DNA of 62,114 nucleotides, counting the filler, from Rhabdomonas costata (taxonomy: Eukaryota), in the NCBI GenBank assembly GCA_019059605.1. It is 28 parts of 28 records of this genome, joined end to end, with 100 filler letters (N's around TTAATTAATTAA, not from the genome) between each part and the next. Parts side by side here need not be neighbours in the genome. Positions count along the whole stretch, not along the records: positions 37,787 to 39,910 come from JAHMHO010005473.1; positions 40,011 to 42,131 come from JAHMHO010005474.1; positions 42,232 to 44,352 come from JAHMHO010005475.1; positions 44,453 to 46,573 come from JAHMHO010005476.1; positions 46,674 to 48,793 come from JAHMHO010005477.1; positions 48,894 to 51,014 come from JAHMHO010005478.1; positions 51,115 to 53,235 come from JAHMHO010005479.1; 21 more parts are not named here. One strand, written 5' to 3'. Made by a program: the position numbers and the translations under genes. The notes below the pieces were generated by a model, which was not told where the DNA came from, did not search any database, and saw nothing but the letters and a program-made list of their open reading frames with translations. Shown here piece by piece: positions 38,350 to 51,867 of the stretch. Numbering within the stretch: the stretch's first letter is position 1; each line of letters starts with the position of its first letter.

Positions 38350-39794
38350 CTAGGCTCTCCGCCAGTAGCCAGGTCAGGAGGGACTCCCGCACGGGAAGCA
38401 CCGCGGAGCGACCCGGCTTGCGATCTGCCAGCAAGTCAATCACTCGCCCCAGCGTGGTCAGGGAGAGGTTGATCTTCTTGGCCTCCTCCAAGTGGCACCC
38501 CGTGACCCCTAAATTGGGGTTCACACTTCGGGAAGTTCTTGAAATAATGCCGTTTCTATCAATTCGGATCCGAAGGCGGCATAGGCTACCAGTTTCAATG
38601 CTGGTAAGCTCAGACTACCAGTTTCAATGCTGGTAAGCTCTGAGGAAGAGAGGGAGGGAGGGAGGTGGGGAGAGGAGGAAGAGGGATCAGACAAAAACCA
38701 CAGCTGCCGAGAGCAACATGCAAAAACCAGCATGGAAAACGCACGATTACGGTAGCAGACGAAGAGAGCTGAAGCATGAAAGCAGCCAGCGCATAGACTC
38801 AGGTATGACAGAGATGCCAAGAAGAGTCAAGAAGAGTCAAGAAGAGTCAGCAAAATGCTTACAAGAAAACTCCGGAAAGTGCGTCGGTGTCTGCGCAAAG
38901 TCTGAATACACAAACAAACCCATAGAATTGGGGAGGCCCATGCCGCGAGCTCCACTTGGATAGCAGCACAAAAGGCCGGCAACCCTCCACTGAGGAAACG
39001 GGAAGGGACTTCAACCTGAGACTTTGATCCTTTCCGAGCCTGCCAGGTCCACCAGGTTGATGCAGCTTGTCTTGCACCTACACACATTCAGCAATTCTAT
39101 CACCCATATCCAAATCCATTGGGCGCGTACACACCTCACCTTCGGCCCAGGAACTTTGCAGAGAAGACTGATGATGGTAAGGCTGAAAGCGGTGAAGAAA
39201 AAACAAGCTGTGGGGGAGGTAGAGACCGGGTCTGCAGCATCTCAGAGGGCTCTGCGGCTGCTGCCTCCCCTTCCGGGGCCTCCAGGCAAGCGCCGGTTGA
39301 AGTGGTGTCGGGGCCTGACGACGTGGCGGAGCGCAGCTCGGTCTGAGCGAAGCGGAGCGTGAAGATGGCGTGACTGCGGCTGCTGTGGTCGTTGACCCGA
39401 GTGCACGCCGTGGCGCGCAGTCCGGACCCGCGCCGCACCAGCTCCAGGACCTCCGCGGCGGCACCGACGCGGTGGACGGAGAGGTTCTCCACGTACGGCC
39501 TGCAGAATGACAGAGCGGGATTGCCCAATGGGGAAGAGAGGGAAAAAACATGCAAAAAGATGCATGCACAAAACACAAAAGGTTGACGCCAGGCAAACAC
39601 ATGTGCAGAGACAGAGAGATCATCCTCGTGATGCTGGAAGCCGAGCAGTGCTTTGCCGACAATGCGGAGAACCGAGAGGGGGGGTAGGAGTCATGCCCTG
39701 TAACGGGGTGTTGCCTCACCGTCAGGTCCGTGGCGGATGGATCGAGTAAGTCATTCACCCTCTCCATGTAGATCTCCATGTAGCTGGCCTCGAC
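38350..39794 (-). CDS. Kinesin motor domain (kinesin-3-like), exons 39794-39697, 39499-39140, 39077-39016, 38508-38350
   Basis: VEASYMEIYMERVNDLL, VRQHPVTG/PYVENLS, NDHSSRSHAIFTL, INLVDLAGSER, EAKKINLSLTTLGRVI, PVRESLLTWLLAESLG. Confidence 0.93.
38586..38640 (+). repeat. Tandem duplication of a ~29-bp unit (CTACCAGTTTCAATGCTGGTAAGCTC) in a kinesin intron
   Basis: Two adjacent copies read directly. Confidence 0.85.
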
Positions 39795-41293
39795 CTGTAA
39801 ATTTTGTTTCAAAAATCCTGGAACAACGAGCGTCGGTTCAGTCACCTAGGAGGTCGAATGCGGTAAACCTGGACCCTTCGCTTGCCGCTACGTTGAGCTC
39901 AAGTAGGCGGNNNNNNNNNNNNNNNNNNNNNNNNNNNNNNNNNNNNNNNNNNNNTTAATTAATTAANNNNNNNNNNNNNNNNNNNNNNNNNNNNNNNNNN
40001 NNNNNNNNNNGGCAACCTCACGGTGTTTTTCAGCGACTACGGCGCGGCCGTCACCTCTGCGCTGTTCTCTATTGTATGCCTGCGCGATTCCGCTTTCCCT
40101 CCTCTCCCACCCACACGTCCACATTGTCTTCCGTTCATCCACCTCCCTCACCCACCCTCAGGCCTTTTCTGCTTTGCTGTCGTGGGGCGAGCCGTGCATT
40201 TAATTGTGTTTGAATGTTTGAGTTTGGTATATGTTTTTGGATGTTTTTGTCCCATGTTCGGCCTGGCTGATCTTATTGGTGTCCAACTCAGAGCTGTCTG
40301 GCTTTCATCGCATCGGCAAGCAGTCTTTTTCTAGCATTTTATATTGGTGAAAAATACACCTTATTTAACCGTGAGGGGGAGGGGGAATCGGAAAAATTGT
40401 TCTTTGGCTCGGGGAGGGTGAATGTTTTCATCTCAATTTTTGTCTTGTTGTTTGCTGGGGAATTTTGGTCAAGTGGAGAGTTTATTTATTGAGTGTATAA
40501 ACATGGGGAAAACGTCTGCCACTGAAAACCGGAAGGTTTTCAACAAAGCCCAAAATCACCCCCTCCATCCCCTCTCTGTCTCTCAGCCTTCAAGGTGGCG
40601 CATTGAAAACACGGCGTAATTTTTCCGGTCTTACTGGATCCCTTATGCCGCATCTGCCACAGGGACGCATATTTGTGTGCATGTGCGGATATGGGGATAT
40701 CATCCATAGGTATCATCCATGAGTGGGTGAAAGCAGTTTCCTCCAGAAAATACTTGTTGTTTTCTCCCCTGAAGCACAGAAAAAGTGTTCCTTTGAAACC
40801 GAAGAGAAGGTGACAGAAACGGTGCGGGACGTGAGAGGGAAGGAAAGCGACAAAGCAGTGGGACGGCGTGAGCAGCAGCGTCATGCCAGGACAGAGATAG
40901 CGCATGGGCATAAGTCAGTGTTGAAAGAAAGGAACAGGGAGTCTGTGGTACCAGTGCACGGAGAGAGCACGTGGGCTCGGGAGGACGTGGAAGGGTTTGC
41001 GTAGGTCTTCCGCTGACTGGGTTCCCGCAGCTCGGCGCCGGCTGAGTCGGTCAGGATTTGGGAGGCACCACCCGAGGGTTGACCATTGATCCCGGACCAA
41101 GGTGGGGTCCGGCACCAAACAAAAAGGGGAAAGAATGCTGGAGAAAAGGATGAAGACATCAATATTCCATTTTGTGCTATTGACTTTCAATTCGTCGAGG
41201 TGGACGGAACGCGTGGTGTCGTGCTCTGAGTGGTGTTGTAGCGCTCGCTTCAGTCGTTGAAAATGAATCTTAAGCCGTCTGGCGTTTCCTCAG

Positions 41294-41648
41294 GTGGATC
41301 CCTCGGCTGCGGCCAATGTGAGCATCGTGCTACCCTCCAACGTGACGTTTTCGACGGGCGTGTTGGTTGTGAAGCTGATGGATACCAACGGCACTCAGGT
41401 CCGTTCCAGGGTGGGACCGGGCATGATTCCAGTGAAAGGCGTGCAGTTTAGTATTGGGTGCTCTCTTGCGGAATCGGGAAAATGATCGCTAGTCGGATTT
41501 CCACGATTCCCATGGGCTCATTAATGTCCTTGGGGTACGCACACTCAGGTCAACACCGCGGCCACGCTGTTTGTGTGCGACCTTGGGGTGACGCACACCC
41601 TTGCCGTATACGTCGTCGGCGCAGCGGAGACGGCTGTGGATATCAAAG
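41294..41648 (+). CDS. Exons of an unknown, probably extracellular beta-rich protein (41294-41398, 41549-41648)
   Basis: AG/GT-bounded in-phase exons VDPSAAANVSIVLPSNVTFSTGVLVVKLMDTNGTQ/VNTAATLFVCDLGV.. with several N-x-S/T sites. Confidence 0.4.
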
Positions 41649-44600
41649 GTACTGGGCACTGCCCTCTCCGGGGCCTTGTAGTTTGCATAAACGTATCCGT
41701 GGGCGTGGGGACGTGTGTGTGGCTTCTCTCGCGGAGTCGCGGCCTTTATCAGTATGGTGGTTTCGGGTGGGGTTGAAGACGAGGTTGCATGGTAAAGGAA
41801 GTTTTTGATGTGACGATTGAAAGTTTTTATTTCGCTGTATGGATGTAACTCTAAAATTCTTCAGTTCTTTCTGTTTTGCCTCACCCATCTCTATCTTCTG
41901 TCTCTTCTTTTCCTTGTATCTTTCTCATGTTGAGGCGTGCTCCTTCTCACGCTTTCTCTTTTTCTGGGTACTTGAGCCAGACGTACCTAGATTATTGGTG
42001 TCGCGAGGCATTCGCATGGCTTTGGCGATTTGGACCTTTCAGACGTGGGTGGGTCGGAGCAGAAAAGGAGGACAGGAACTTCCTGATGAGAAAGGGCGAT
42101 TCGTGTTTGATTGGTTTTAGAGACAGTGCATNNNNNNNNNNNNNNNNNNNNNNNNNNNNNNNNNNNNNNNNNNNNTTAATTAATTAANNNNNNNNNNNNN
42201 NNNNNNNNNNNNNNNNNNNNNNNNNNNNNNNGGTTTTTGGGCCAAGAATAACAACTTAGAATCCAATCATACGTGCCCTGCCCCCTCCCTCATGGTGCCA
42301 CGCGCTCGTATGATTGGATTCTAAGTTGTTATTCTTGGCCCGAAGTATACGCCTAGCTGGCCTGTGTACTACAAAAGTGCATATGCCTGTGGTTTTTCCT
42401 TCCGTTCCTTCTGTCGGTTGGGTGGGCATGCTGAGCTTTCGAATGACGCGGTTTGTGCAGCCCCCGCCGCGGATGTGGGAGTTCTTGGAGCTGCACTTCC
42501 CTGTCCGCCCCGGCAGCGATGGCGGCTTACCTGTGTTTAAGCTAACGGTGGAGGTCTCCTACTCCGCCTCCGAGCATACAGTTGAAGGAGGTCCCTTGCC
42601 TTTCCGTTTTTATGAAGCCTTTTTTGGGTATGAGGGGTTTTCTTTGACAAGGATTTGCGCCTTCTGCGCCTTGTCCCCTTTTTCTGTGGTGGTTGCTCTT
42701 TCATCTCACCCGAAACAAAAAGCAAAGGGAACGTCTTCAGAAAGAAACAAAACCTGCACATGACATTGTAGCAAAGCGTCACGTGCGGCCGGTTTCTGTC
42801 CCCGGTCCACACACAAGAATGTACAAGACACATATATAAGACACCCCTTCCCCGCCCAACCGACTTACCTCTTCAAGGAGACTAGGTGTGCCAGTATTTC
42901 GTCACTATACTAGCAATAGATCTTCCTCGCGGCCGCAACGCACCTGGGCTGAGCTGACGCCGATTTCGGTGAATGTCCCTGAGTCTATTTCAGGTCTATA
43001 GTATGCTTTGCAGTCGTCGATAACTGTGTTCAACACTGTATTCACAATTCCAGACGTGGCAGACTTCCAATTTTTTCACTCCCATTCATGAATGCAAGGT
43101 TTACACTTCAGCATTGAGGAGCATAGGCTCGCGTGTGCTTTCTTCCGCGCACTTCCTCCAACGCATGTGCAGGTTTATTTGTGTTTGCGCACCAAGGATC
43201 TTGTGCTGGTTTTTGCACCCTTCTGCGACCTCTTTTGTAATTTGTTTGCAGGGGGCCAGCCAGTGGTTTGGAAGTGGAGCTCCGCTGCAGAGATGGGTTC
43301 CCTGGCCGCCGCAATGTCGGTACAGCCCACCAACGGCAACGCCGCGGCGACCTCCTCCAGCTTTGAGATTCTGGTGAGTGTGTGTCTCTGCCCCATTCCG
43401 CTCTTTTCGTGATCATTCTCACCCATTCTCATCCAATGGGTATGCTGAGTTAGCTGCCTCTCCACCTGTGGTGCAGTCCCCGCACACATACACATGCCTA
43501 GACTTCCTGCCCACATCCGCATTTGCTTTCTTTGGTGTTCGCGTGTCCCGAAGTTGGATGCAACCGCTTTCCCAGTTGGAAGAAGCAGCAGTGAAACGGA
43601 GTGGTGTATAGCTGCAGCGTGTGGTAAATGGTCCTCAGTAGTCCACACAGAAGGTTGGTACAGGGTTTTTTTTTGGAGGTGGGGGGAGGGCAATGCTCCA
43701 TCCTGTGGATTCAGGCAGACAGTTCGCATGGGTCAGCGGGTGGTGGTGACTTCCCGAGAGTCGAATAGAAGTTTTTGGAGGACGTAAGAGGGTGAAAGTT
43801 GGTCACGGGATAGAAGCAGATGAGTTCGGGACGTGCTGCGCCGCGGCGCGCATCGAAGAAAGGATTGGTGCTCGGTAGAATTTTATATGCATTGCGGGTG
43901 CATCCTGGAGGGATGAGCTTCGCGTTTTTGCCTTGTTTTCAACGACAAAGACCCTCCCTTCAAATTGTTCGATTGCTGGGGAGAAGCGGCCACAAATTGT
44001 CCGCAATTCTTTTCACAGAAATTAATCCATTGTCCGTCCCACCGACAAAAATAACAGCTCTCCACGGTGGCGTGGATGAGAAGGTTTCAGAAACTGTGGA
44101 TGTATCCTTGACCCTTGAGAACATGTGATACTTGGTGGCGCCCGCTTCACCACTGGCTTTGCAGTGGTGGCATACATAATTCCCTTCCCTTGTTTCCTTG
44201 CCCCTTCTGCCGCCTTCTTGCTTTTAGGGCGCAGCTTCTACAGTGGTGTTCCTTGGGATCCACTACGGGTGTGGAGCGGCTGGATCATCTCGGTGCTCCA
44301 TCTCAGCTTCAACCCTTCGCATCGAACTGCTTTCTGCCTCCCCCCCACCACANNNNNNNNNNNNNNNNNNNNNNNNNNNNNNNNNNNNNNNNNNNNTTAA
44401 TTAATTAANNNNNNNNNNNNNNNNNNNNNNNNNNNNNNNNNNNNNNNNNNNNGGGGGGTTGTATATACACTGCACCTGCGATACAGATAACGGGAGACCG
44501 CCAGAATCGGACGATAGCGGCGCCTTACGGGCGAAAGGAGGGGCAGTGAACAAGGAAAGGAGGAGGGAGTTGATTTCACCAACGAGAAGGAAATTTGCTC

Positions 44601-44728
44601 GGAGGGCCAAAGCAAGACCAGAAATAGGAAAGGTCGGCGGCCGTTGCCATGGTCGCGAGCTTGCAAGGTGTTGAACCAGTGCTTCGTCCTCCCTTTGCCA
44701 CATCTCGACCTGTACCTGTTACTCTTGC

Positions 44729-46071
44729 TTAGCGCTTGAGATGACACACGAACTGAAGCCCCAGCATGATCATTATGCGGAACAAGACAAGGATCCCCAG
44801 GACAACTCCAAAGCCGAGCCACTGCATCTCCTGCGTGAGCGAGAAGTAGCCACTGACGTAGGCCCAAACGGTTTTCTGCACTTGCTGGCCCGTCGTTCCG
44901 TCCAACACCTGCATTAAAACAAAAAAATACGGAAACGGCGTTTTCTAAGAAGCACTTCAGCCAATGTTGTTGAGAACAACCAAGCCAGTCATTGCTCCTT
45001 CCAACCTAACACACACGATACAAAGAAACTGCCCTAAACACGTTTCGGAACAAAGTGCATAAATATTTATAATCCACCGATTTTTCAAGCAGCACATCAG
45101 ACATCCCTGCCATAGCCGAACTATTGCCGGAAAAACGAAGGAAGGAAAAAGAAAGAAAAACGGGAAAGGAAGAAAGGAGAACAAGAACAGCATATAGATA
45201 CGGTAATTGTGGGACAGTCGGAGCCCTCGCAGTAGAACTGAGCAGTGATCAGGCTCGAGAAGGACCAGAAAGTCGGAGAAGTCGCAAAGACCCATCTGAA
45301 ACCCAGAGATGGGCAGCCAGATGGCAGTGCAGGTGGTAGCCGTAAGTGCATGACCCAGTGCCACAGTGCCAAGGCATGCCCAGGCATGCAACTGCTCCGT
45401 TCCTCCCACACTCCATCCCCTCAGATCAAGATGCCGATGTGAAGGCACAAATCTCTTCTCCATATGAAAGCTTCTTCCATATCTAGAATCTCTCATCCCG
45501 CGAGATAACTCGCACACAAACCCCACCCAGACAAGGCACGTGTCGCAATTCCACTTGTAAATCAAGACTTGTGGAGAGCAGAAGGACAGGACAAACCTTT
45601 TGCACCACGCAAGGAGAAATCGGGAGCTTGGCAAGACGGACGTCAAATGTTGATAATTATGCAAAGAAAACACACACGGCGCTTGTGCCAGAGTGGCGAA
45701 AAGCGGTGCATTCCGCACCAGAAGGTATACGATGATTTTCGACGGCATCTTTTCTTTTTGACAGATTTCTTGCCACTCACCACGGGAAACCCAAACAACA
45801 GCGAGCAAACAGGAGTGAACAACTGGAAAAAAAAAAGGGCGGGGGGGCGCATTTATGCAGGCCTGCAGATCACAGAGGCCGTGCTGATGGGCACCAGCAG
45901 CCCCGCAAAGACGTTCCAGAGCAGCCTGGCAGCGTTGTTAAATACCTGCGCGGCCTCCGTGGTGGAGCACAGCACCACCGTCATGGTGGTGTAGGAGTTG
46001 TACAGGAGCGTCTGGAGCACGAGCAGCACGTACCAGAAGAAGATCGACCCGAAGTCCTTCCTCAGGCCCAC
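44729..46071 (-). CDS. PDR/ABCG-type ABC transporter, last three exons (46071-45863, 45295-45202, 44908-44729)
   Basis: LLWNVFAGLLVP, R/WVFATSPTFWSFSSLITAQF, and terminal LFRIMIMLGLQFVCHLKR*, typical of PDR C-termini. The first intron is GC-AG. Confidence 0.85.
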
Positions 46072-47919
46072 CTGAAAAATGAACCACTCGAGAAGTCATA
46101 AGCCACATCGCGATAGAGTACTCCCTGAAGGTAAGAAACCAATTCATATAAAGAAAGGGCTCAACCTTTTCCAAACTTCAAGGCCATGCCCGCATAAACG
46201 GGGTGTCAACCCACAAACACACAAGGACACCTAGGGCAGACAATGGCGCAAAGTAGTTGCTAACCGCAAGCCTAAAGGTTCGGAGCAGGCGGCGTCCAAG
46301 TTGACCCAAGCAGACCCAAGCTGAAGGCAGCCCGCCCTAGCCACTGCTTTGCAGCACGCATCAGCGCTGTAACCTTGGCAGCCGTGATCGCAGTGGTCGA
46401 CCCAGATACTCAGCAGTCCAGCAGTCAAACGCAAAGAAAAAGCAAGCGAGCAATTCCACTCTTCCGTCAGGGAAAAATATCAGGGGAATAAAAGCTGCAG
46501 GTGGTTGAGGGCGCTTTCTCGGGAAACAAGTGTCGAAAGAATAAGAGCAGAGCAAAGAGCATACCACAAAACANNNNNNNNNNNNNNNNNNNNNNNNNNN
46601 NNNNNNNNNNNNNNNNNTTAATTAATTAANNNNNNNNNNNNNNNNNNNNNNNNNNNNNNNNNNNNNNNNNNNNTGTGGTGTTTTTTTTCTAGTTTCCCTC
46701 AATGATCATTTGACCCCCACGCATTCTCCAACGAACGCTATTCCTTCGTTGCCAGTGTAAGTTATTGCATTGCCTGTGGGCCGGACCATGAACAACCTGT
46801 GCGCTGCTGCCGTGACCAAGGCATAGTCCTCCCCCCGAAATTGTTTTTTGCACCATGTACTTCCCTTGCTGGCTTGTGAGATTTCCAGTAGGCCCCCATA
46901 GAGATTAAAATTGGACTAAAACGACCAGCCAAATTTAGGTATAAAATAACCCAACATAAGACAACAAAATACGCAAAAAAAAAAAAGGATAGGGAAAATT
47001 TGCTCATATAAAAACATTTTGGTCTTTAATCTTTCGTGTATTCCCCGAAAGTCATTGTTGAGGTTGAGATAGGGCTACGGTATGTGAGCAGTTCTTGTCC
47101 CAACATTTACCCACGAGGGGAAAGGGGGACAAGATGCAGAATGATTTGCCTTTGTTAGGATCCTTTTTATTTTGAGTTTTGTCACACTTCAAAGAGCTGC
47201 TTGCTGAGAGAAGGGGAGCAGCGCACAAACGAGAGAAAAGGAAAGTGACACACAAGCAAAACAAACAGAACAAGCAGAACAAACACAGACACAACCCATT
47301 TCTTCTGAGTTGAATACCATAAAATCGAGAAAAAACATCGAGAAGGAGCCACAAGCGCTCAGGTTAAAAAGCTGGACAACATGTGGGCGCTCAGAAACAG
47401 CGTGCCACTCACACAGGGTACGAACCTGCGGTAAGCCCCGTTGGCAGCGACAAGCTCATAAGAAAGGAGTGGGAAAAGACGTTGTACAACTCTGGATGCA
47501 GGAGAGGCACTGGTAACCACAGCGGTAGGCATTTTTATTGCACAGAAGACACTCGGTGGCGGTGATGGACACCACAGTAGAAAGCAAGCCCCCTGAAAAA
47601 TACATCAACAAGGTTGACACGCGTCACTGAACAACGCTTACGCAACGACAGGCCTCAGGCGCAGAAAATCCCCAATGACGCAGCCAGCCTCTATGACTGC
47701 TTATTCGATGGAAGGTATGAACTGTTCAAGACAACTTCATTGTTGCTGGCATGTGCAGGCTTGTTGCTACAGTTACAGTTCTTTTGTTTTGGGGGTTCTA
47801 CCTTGTGGGCCTATCTAGCTTCTTCAGCCGGCCTCCGGAACCTCAGTATTCGACGAGGGGGCCTCATCAGAAATGGAGGGTAGGTCCCTTATTTCGGCCC
47901 AAAACCTCACCTTGTTCCT

Positions 47920-48350
47920 TGGACGACATCCGCCATGGTCACTCCCGGACCGGACCGGACCGGACCGGAGACCTAACATTGACCTCAGAACTCAGATCGA
48001 GCTAGAGTGACGGGTTGGGACTCATATTTGGCGGGATGGTAGTACTCCTGACATGAGTTGGTTGGCTGCTTTCCGGCCTCGGACTCCAACGCCGAAATAT
48101 ACCCCGACAAGGTCCCATTTTGGCCCTTTTAAGGGCATTTTCGACTTGAAAATTCTCGAGGACCTGGTGCAGTTTTCGAACCACTGCAGGCCTGCATACT
48201 GAGCCTTAGCTTTCGGCTGGACCTGCGTAGAATACTTGAGGGCAGAGCTTCATGCTGGCACAGCAGTGGGGCGGAATACTTGGGTTTCCAGCCGCCCTTG
48301 AGGCCATTTAAGGGCTTTTTGGGGGTGGTTGGGCCCCTTTTTGCCTTTAC
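47920..48350 (+). repeat. Dispersed non-coding repeat family, copy 2 (includes a CCGGA tandem)
   Basis: Collinear similarity to 25730-26130. Confidence 0.8.
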
Positions 48351-49076
48351 ACAGGCTTGGAAGGACTTTTTTCGCGCTTGCCTTACCTTGAACTTGGGTT
48401 CTGATAAGAGAAAGCACTGTAGGCTGGCATACCGTCCACCTGCCCGCTGGTGTGTCAGCACTGATTTTTACTGATGATATCAAAAGACCCCAGGCCTGCT
48501 TCGGCTTAGCCCTCTGATGATATCCCTTTTCTTCTTGCTGTCTCGCCTGCGCGCGCGTTTGAGTGGAAACTCGGGTAACCACCTGACAACATTCGGACGC
48601 GTCCATTTTGAGCCCCTTTGAGGCCTATTTCCATTTCGTCCCATTTCCCCAGGGGCATGGTTGAAAATTCAACTTTTTTTCAAAGACCTCATGCCAAGCC
48701 TTTTGGACGCATCCATACGGAAAACCCAAACAACATTTCACCTGATACTGATATAATTCCTGCTGACGCCCGAACGCATCTCCGAGCACGCTTNNNNNNN
48801 NNNNNNNNNNNNNNNNNNNNNNNNNNNNNNNNNNNNNTTAATTAATTAANNNNNNNNNNNNNNNNNNNNNNNNNNNNNNNNNNNNNNNNNNNNGGTGTGT
48901 GGGGTGCCCTGGCATAGTTTATCTCTCTCCTTTCCCCCCAATCTGACCAGCAATTAGGTGTGGTACAGTGATTTGTTCCACATGCTTAGCATTAGCGCAT
49001 ACACGCACCCAACACCGCGCACTGGGGAGCAAGAAGGAGCTTTGGAGGACCGTCACAGGAGGGTGAGGGGGCATAC

Positions 49077-50845
49077 AGCAAGAGGTATTTCAGGGAGGTG
49101 TAGTGGTCTTCTGCCAGCACAAAAATCTCTGCGGCGTACTTGCAGAACACTCCGAAGTCCTGGTCCAGGGGCACCCCCTGGGCCCGCATGTTCTTGTCCG
49201 CGGTGGTGATCATGGGGATGTACTGCGTACGGGGACGAGGTAACGCATCCAAAAAGTTGCCCCCTGCATTACAATTCACATTTACAATTGCAGTGTGGAA
49301 AGAATGCTCGGAACTCCCACACTGCCTCATTTGGGGTGGTGCTACCAAGAAATACTAAGAAACTCCATTTTATCCGGACGTGCTATCATTCCGTTAAACT
49401 CGACCAACAACCAAATGATGATGACGCACACCACGGAAGAAAGAAGTATAATTCGTAAAAAGCAATGCCCTGTCTGCGAAGCAGTTCGACAGATTGATGG
49501 GAGCACTTGAACATTGAACAACACTAAACTTAAAATGACCCGAAAAGTGGGAGAAACACTAGTTGACTCCATGGAGACCCTGACCACCTGGGCTCCCCAC
49601 CCTCGACAAGCATGGGAAGCCTTGAGGGAGTACTCTGTCGCTCTCTCTTGTCACGTAGACTTGCCACTCGTCACCTTACACAAAAACACCAAATATGGTT
49701 CACCCTGAGTCGAACGAAGCCCAAGGACAAGCACTTGGCAAGCTTGAACTATTGGCACAGAAGGGAAGCGTTGTGGACCGGCTGAGCTGGCGGGCCGCGA
49801 GTGCGGAGGTCCGACAAACCTTTCTATAGTGCTTCCGGGCGGAATGTGGTTGGTTCACCATGGAGTTTACCAACTCAATCACCACAGACAGGGAAACCGC
49901 CTCACACGACGAGTGCACAAGCAGCGCCTCACAGAGCAGCTTGTCCCTGAGAGGAGCGGGCGCCATTCTAATCATCACTCGCACTCAAAAGGACAGGCAA
50001 CATGTTCCCCTCTTACGCAGCTGATACGATGACACTTGGCTGCCCTGTGCTATCAGGTCCCTTGCATCCCTTCCCTTCACCAAACAGTTGTTCCATGGGG
50101 TCTCAGCAATTGCACTTGCAAGCAAGCATTACAGCATGGCCTTTCGTTGCGATGTACTTTGATACATTCGACACGATTGCTCGCTCAACGTCAAATTCAA
50201 ATGTAAGTCAATGTCCCACGAGTGTTTGAGGCAAGCCTAACCGAATTGCGCAGAGGGCACAACACCAACGCACGTGCTGACGAGTCGCGTGAACACCTAC
50301 CGCATGCGGAACGTCCACCTCACGCGAGAACGAATCATAAAGGTCAAACCCTAATTAAAAAGTGGTGCAACATCACGCCTGGGATACAAAGCAGAAACTA
50401 CACCACTGCATGAGATCATCAGGCATGATATACGGCCAGGTGATCGATGCATCAAGGCTCTGTGATTGACCCTGCGGCAGTTCTATCTCCCAGTACACTT
50501 GCTGGATCTTGTTGAATCGTCCAAAATTGTCTAAGGCCACTCAATTGGCTCCATAGAGAAAGAGAGAGAGAGAGCGGGTTCATCTGTGCAAGTGCAAAGC
50601 GGCACGTCGGTTTTGAAGACACGCTCAGAGAAAAAACCATACGACTGCTCGAGCAGTTTCTGGCACTTCGGGGGCTGCTCGCCGACCTTTTGCATGGCTT
50701 GCCCCAGCCCGCTCAGTGCGACGACGGTGGTGGGGTGGTGCCGCCCGCAGGCTACGGAGAAACACTCCACGGCCTTCTGGAAGAACCCGATGGCGTCTGC
50801 ATGTCGGCCGCAGGCGGCCAGCTTGCGACCCATCGCGGAGTGAAT
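49077..50845 (-). CDS. TPR (kinesin-light-chain/TPR_12-like) protein, exons 50845-50606 and 49222-~49077
   Basis: GRHADAIGFFQKAVECFSVACGRHHPTTVVALSGLGQA fits the G..HP.T...L..LG TPR pattern. A phase-0 GT-AG join leads to YIPMITTADK... Confidence 0.65.
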
Positions 50846-51114
50846 CTGCAAAGACACAAACAAACTAATGGTGCACAATTGCTCCCGATCACCTCCCCTT
50901 TCCCCTGCATCGGGGGCAACCTCGGTCAACCTCGACAGGCGAAGCCCTAGAATAACCACCCATTCCATTGGGGCTGACAGGGGAGTCCCACACAAAACCA
51001 AACACACCCACCACNNNNNNNNNNNNNNNNNNNNNNNNNNNNNNNNNNNNNNNNNNNNTTAATTAATTAANNNNNNNNNNNNNNNNNNNNNNNNNNNNNN
51101 NNNNNNNNNNNNNN

Positions 51115-51492
51115 GGTGTGTGTACCTCATATATCTTGTTTAAAATCGTGCGTATCACTTCTAGGAAAGAAGCAGAGGTCCAAATACTTCCCAGGATTGC
51201 AAGATTCATTAAGCCAGATTTAGGTAGCCGGGCAATTTCTCGTATATGCAACGCTAGGTCGCAGGTGACATTATTGGGCATGCTTTCTATGAGCCATTTG
51301 ACTAGAGCATGGCCTACATAGGACACCGATCGATACTGTAATGAACAGGAAAAATAGTAGAAATGGAAAGATGGCAAACAGCGACATGAAAGCCATGTAT
51401 CCAGCATGCTCTACGCCATTGACCCTTATGGTCACTTCAGCTGCCCTACAGAATAACCACAGGATGTTTCCGAGGGCAGAGAAAGGATACAT
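51115..51492 (-). pseudogene. YihY/virulence factor BrkB family membrane protein, Rickettsiaceae-like, frameshifted
   Basis: NGVEHAGYMAFMSLFAIFPFLLF continues in another frame as ..ESMP..IREIARLPKSGLMNLAILGSIWTSASFLEVIRTILNKIY. Confidence 0.8.
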
Positions 51493-51589
51493 GGAAGTCG
51501 CACAAGCACCATACCCGGTTCCAGTCTAGTCTTGGTGGAAAATACTTCAATGCAAAACTTGGTCTAATTTATGTGAATCTCTGCAATTG

Positions 51590-51855
51590 TATGACATTTT
51601 GGTTCTGCAGCGGCGTACGGTATATACAAGCCTGGGTGGCTGCTAGAGAGTTAACAGCGGCTTTTCAATGGCAGTTGTGGATTTGCGCCCTCTTGGTCTT
51701 CCTTCGTAGCGTTTTCTTGAGGAATTTGTACTATCACATGACCTTTTGGTCCTGTTAGATGAGCGGCGATGTGGAAACCAAAATGGCTGCTAAAGAGTTA
51801 ACAGCTGGCTTTCGGGGTTATGGATTCGCGCCCTCCTGGTCTTCCTTCGTGGTAT
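51590..51855 (+). repeat. Diverged tandem duplication (~147-bp period) between the yihY and mipZ relics
   Basis: ATGAC.TTTTGGT.CTG, TGGCTGCTA.AGAGTTAACAGC and GCGCCCTC.TGGTCTTCCTTCGT each occur twice, ~145 bp apart. Confidence 0.8.
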
Positions 51856-51867
51856 TCTATTACGTCC

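Noticed and set aside
44957-45808. 283-aa ORF
   Set aside because: Mostly intronic sequence of the ABCG gene with no coherent domain.
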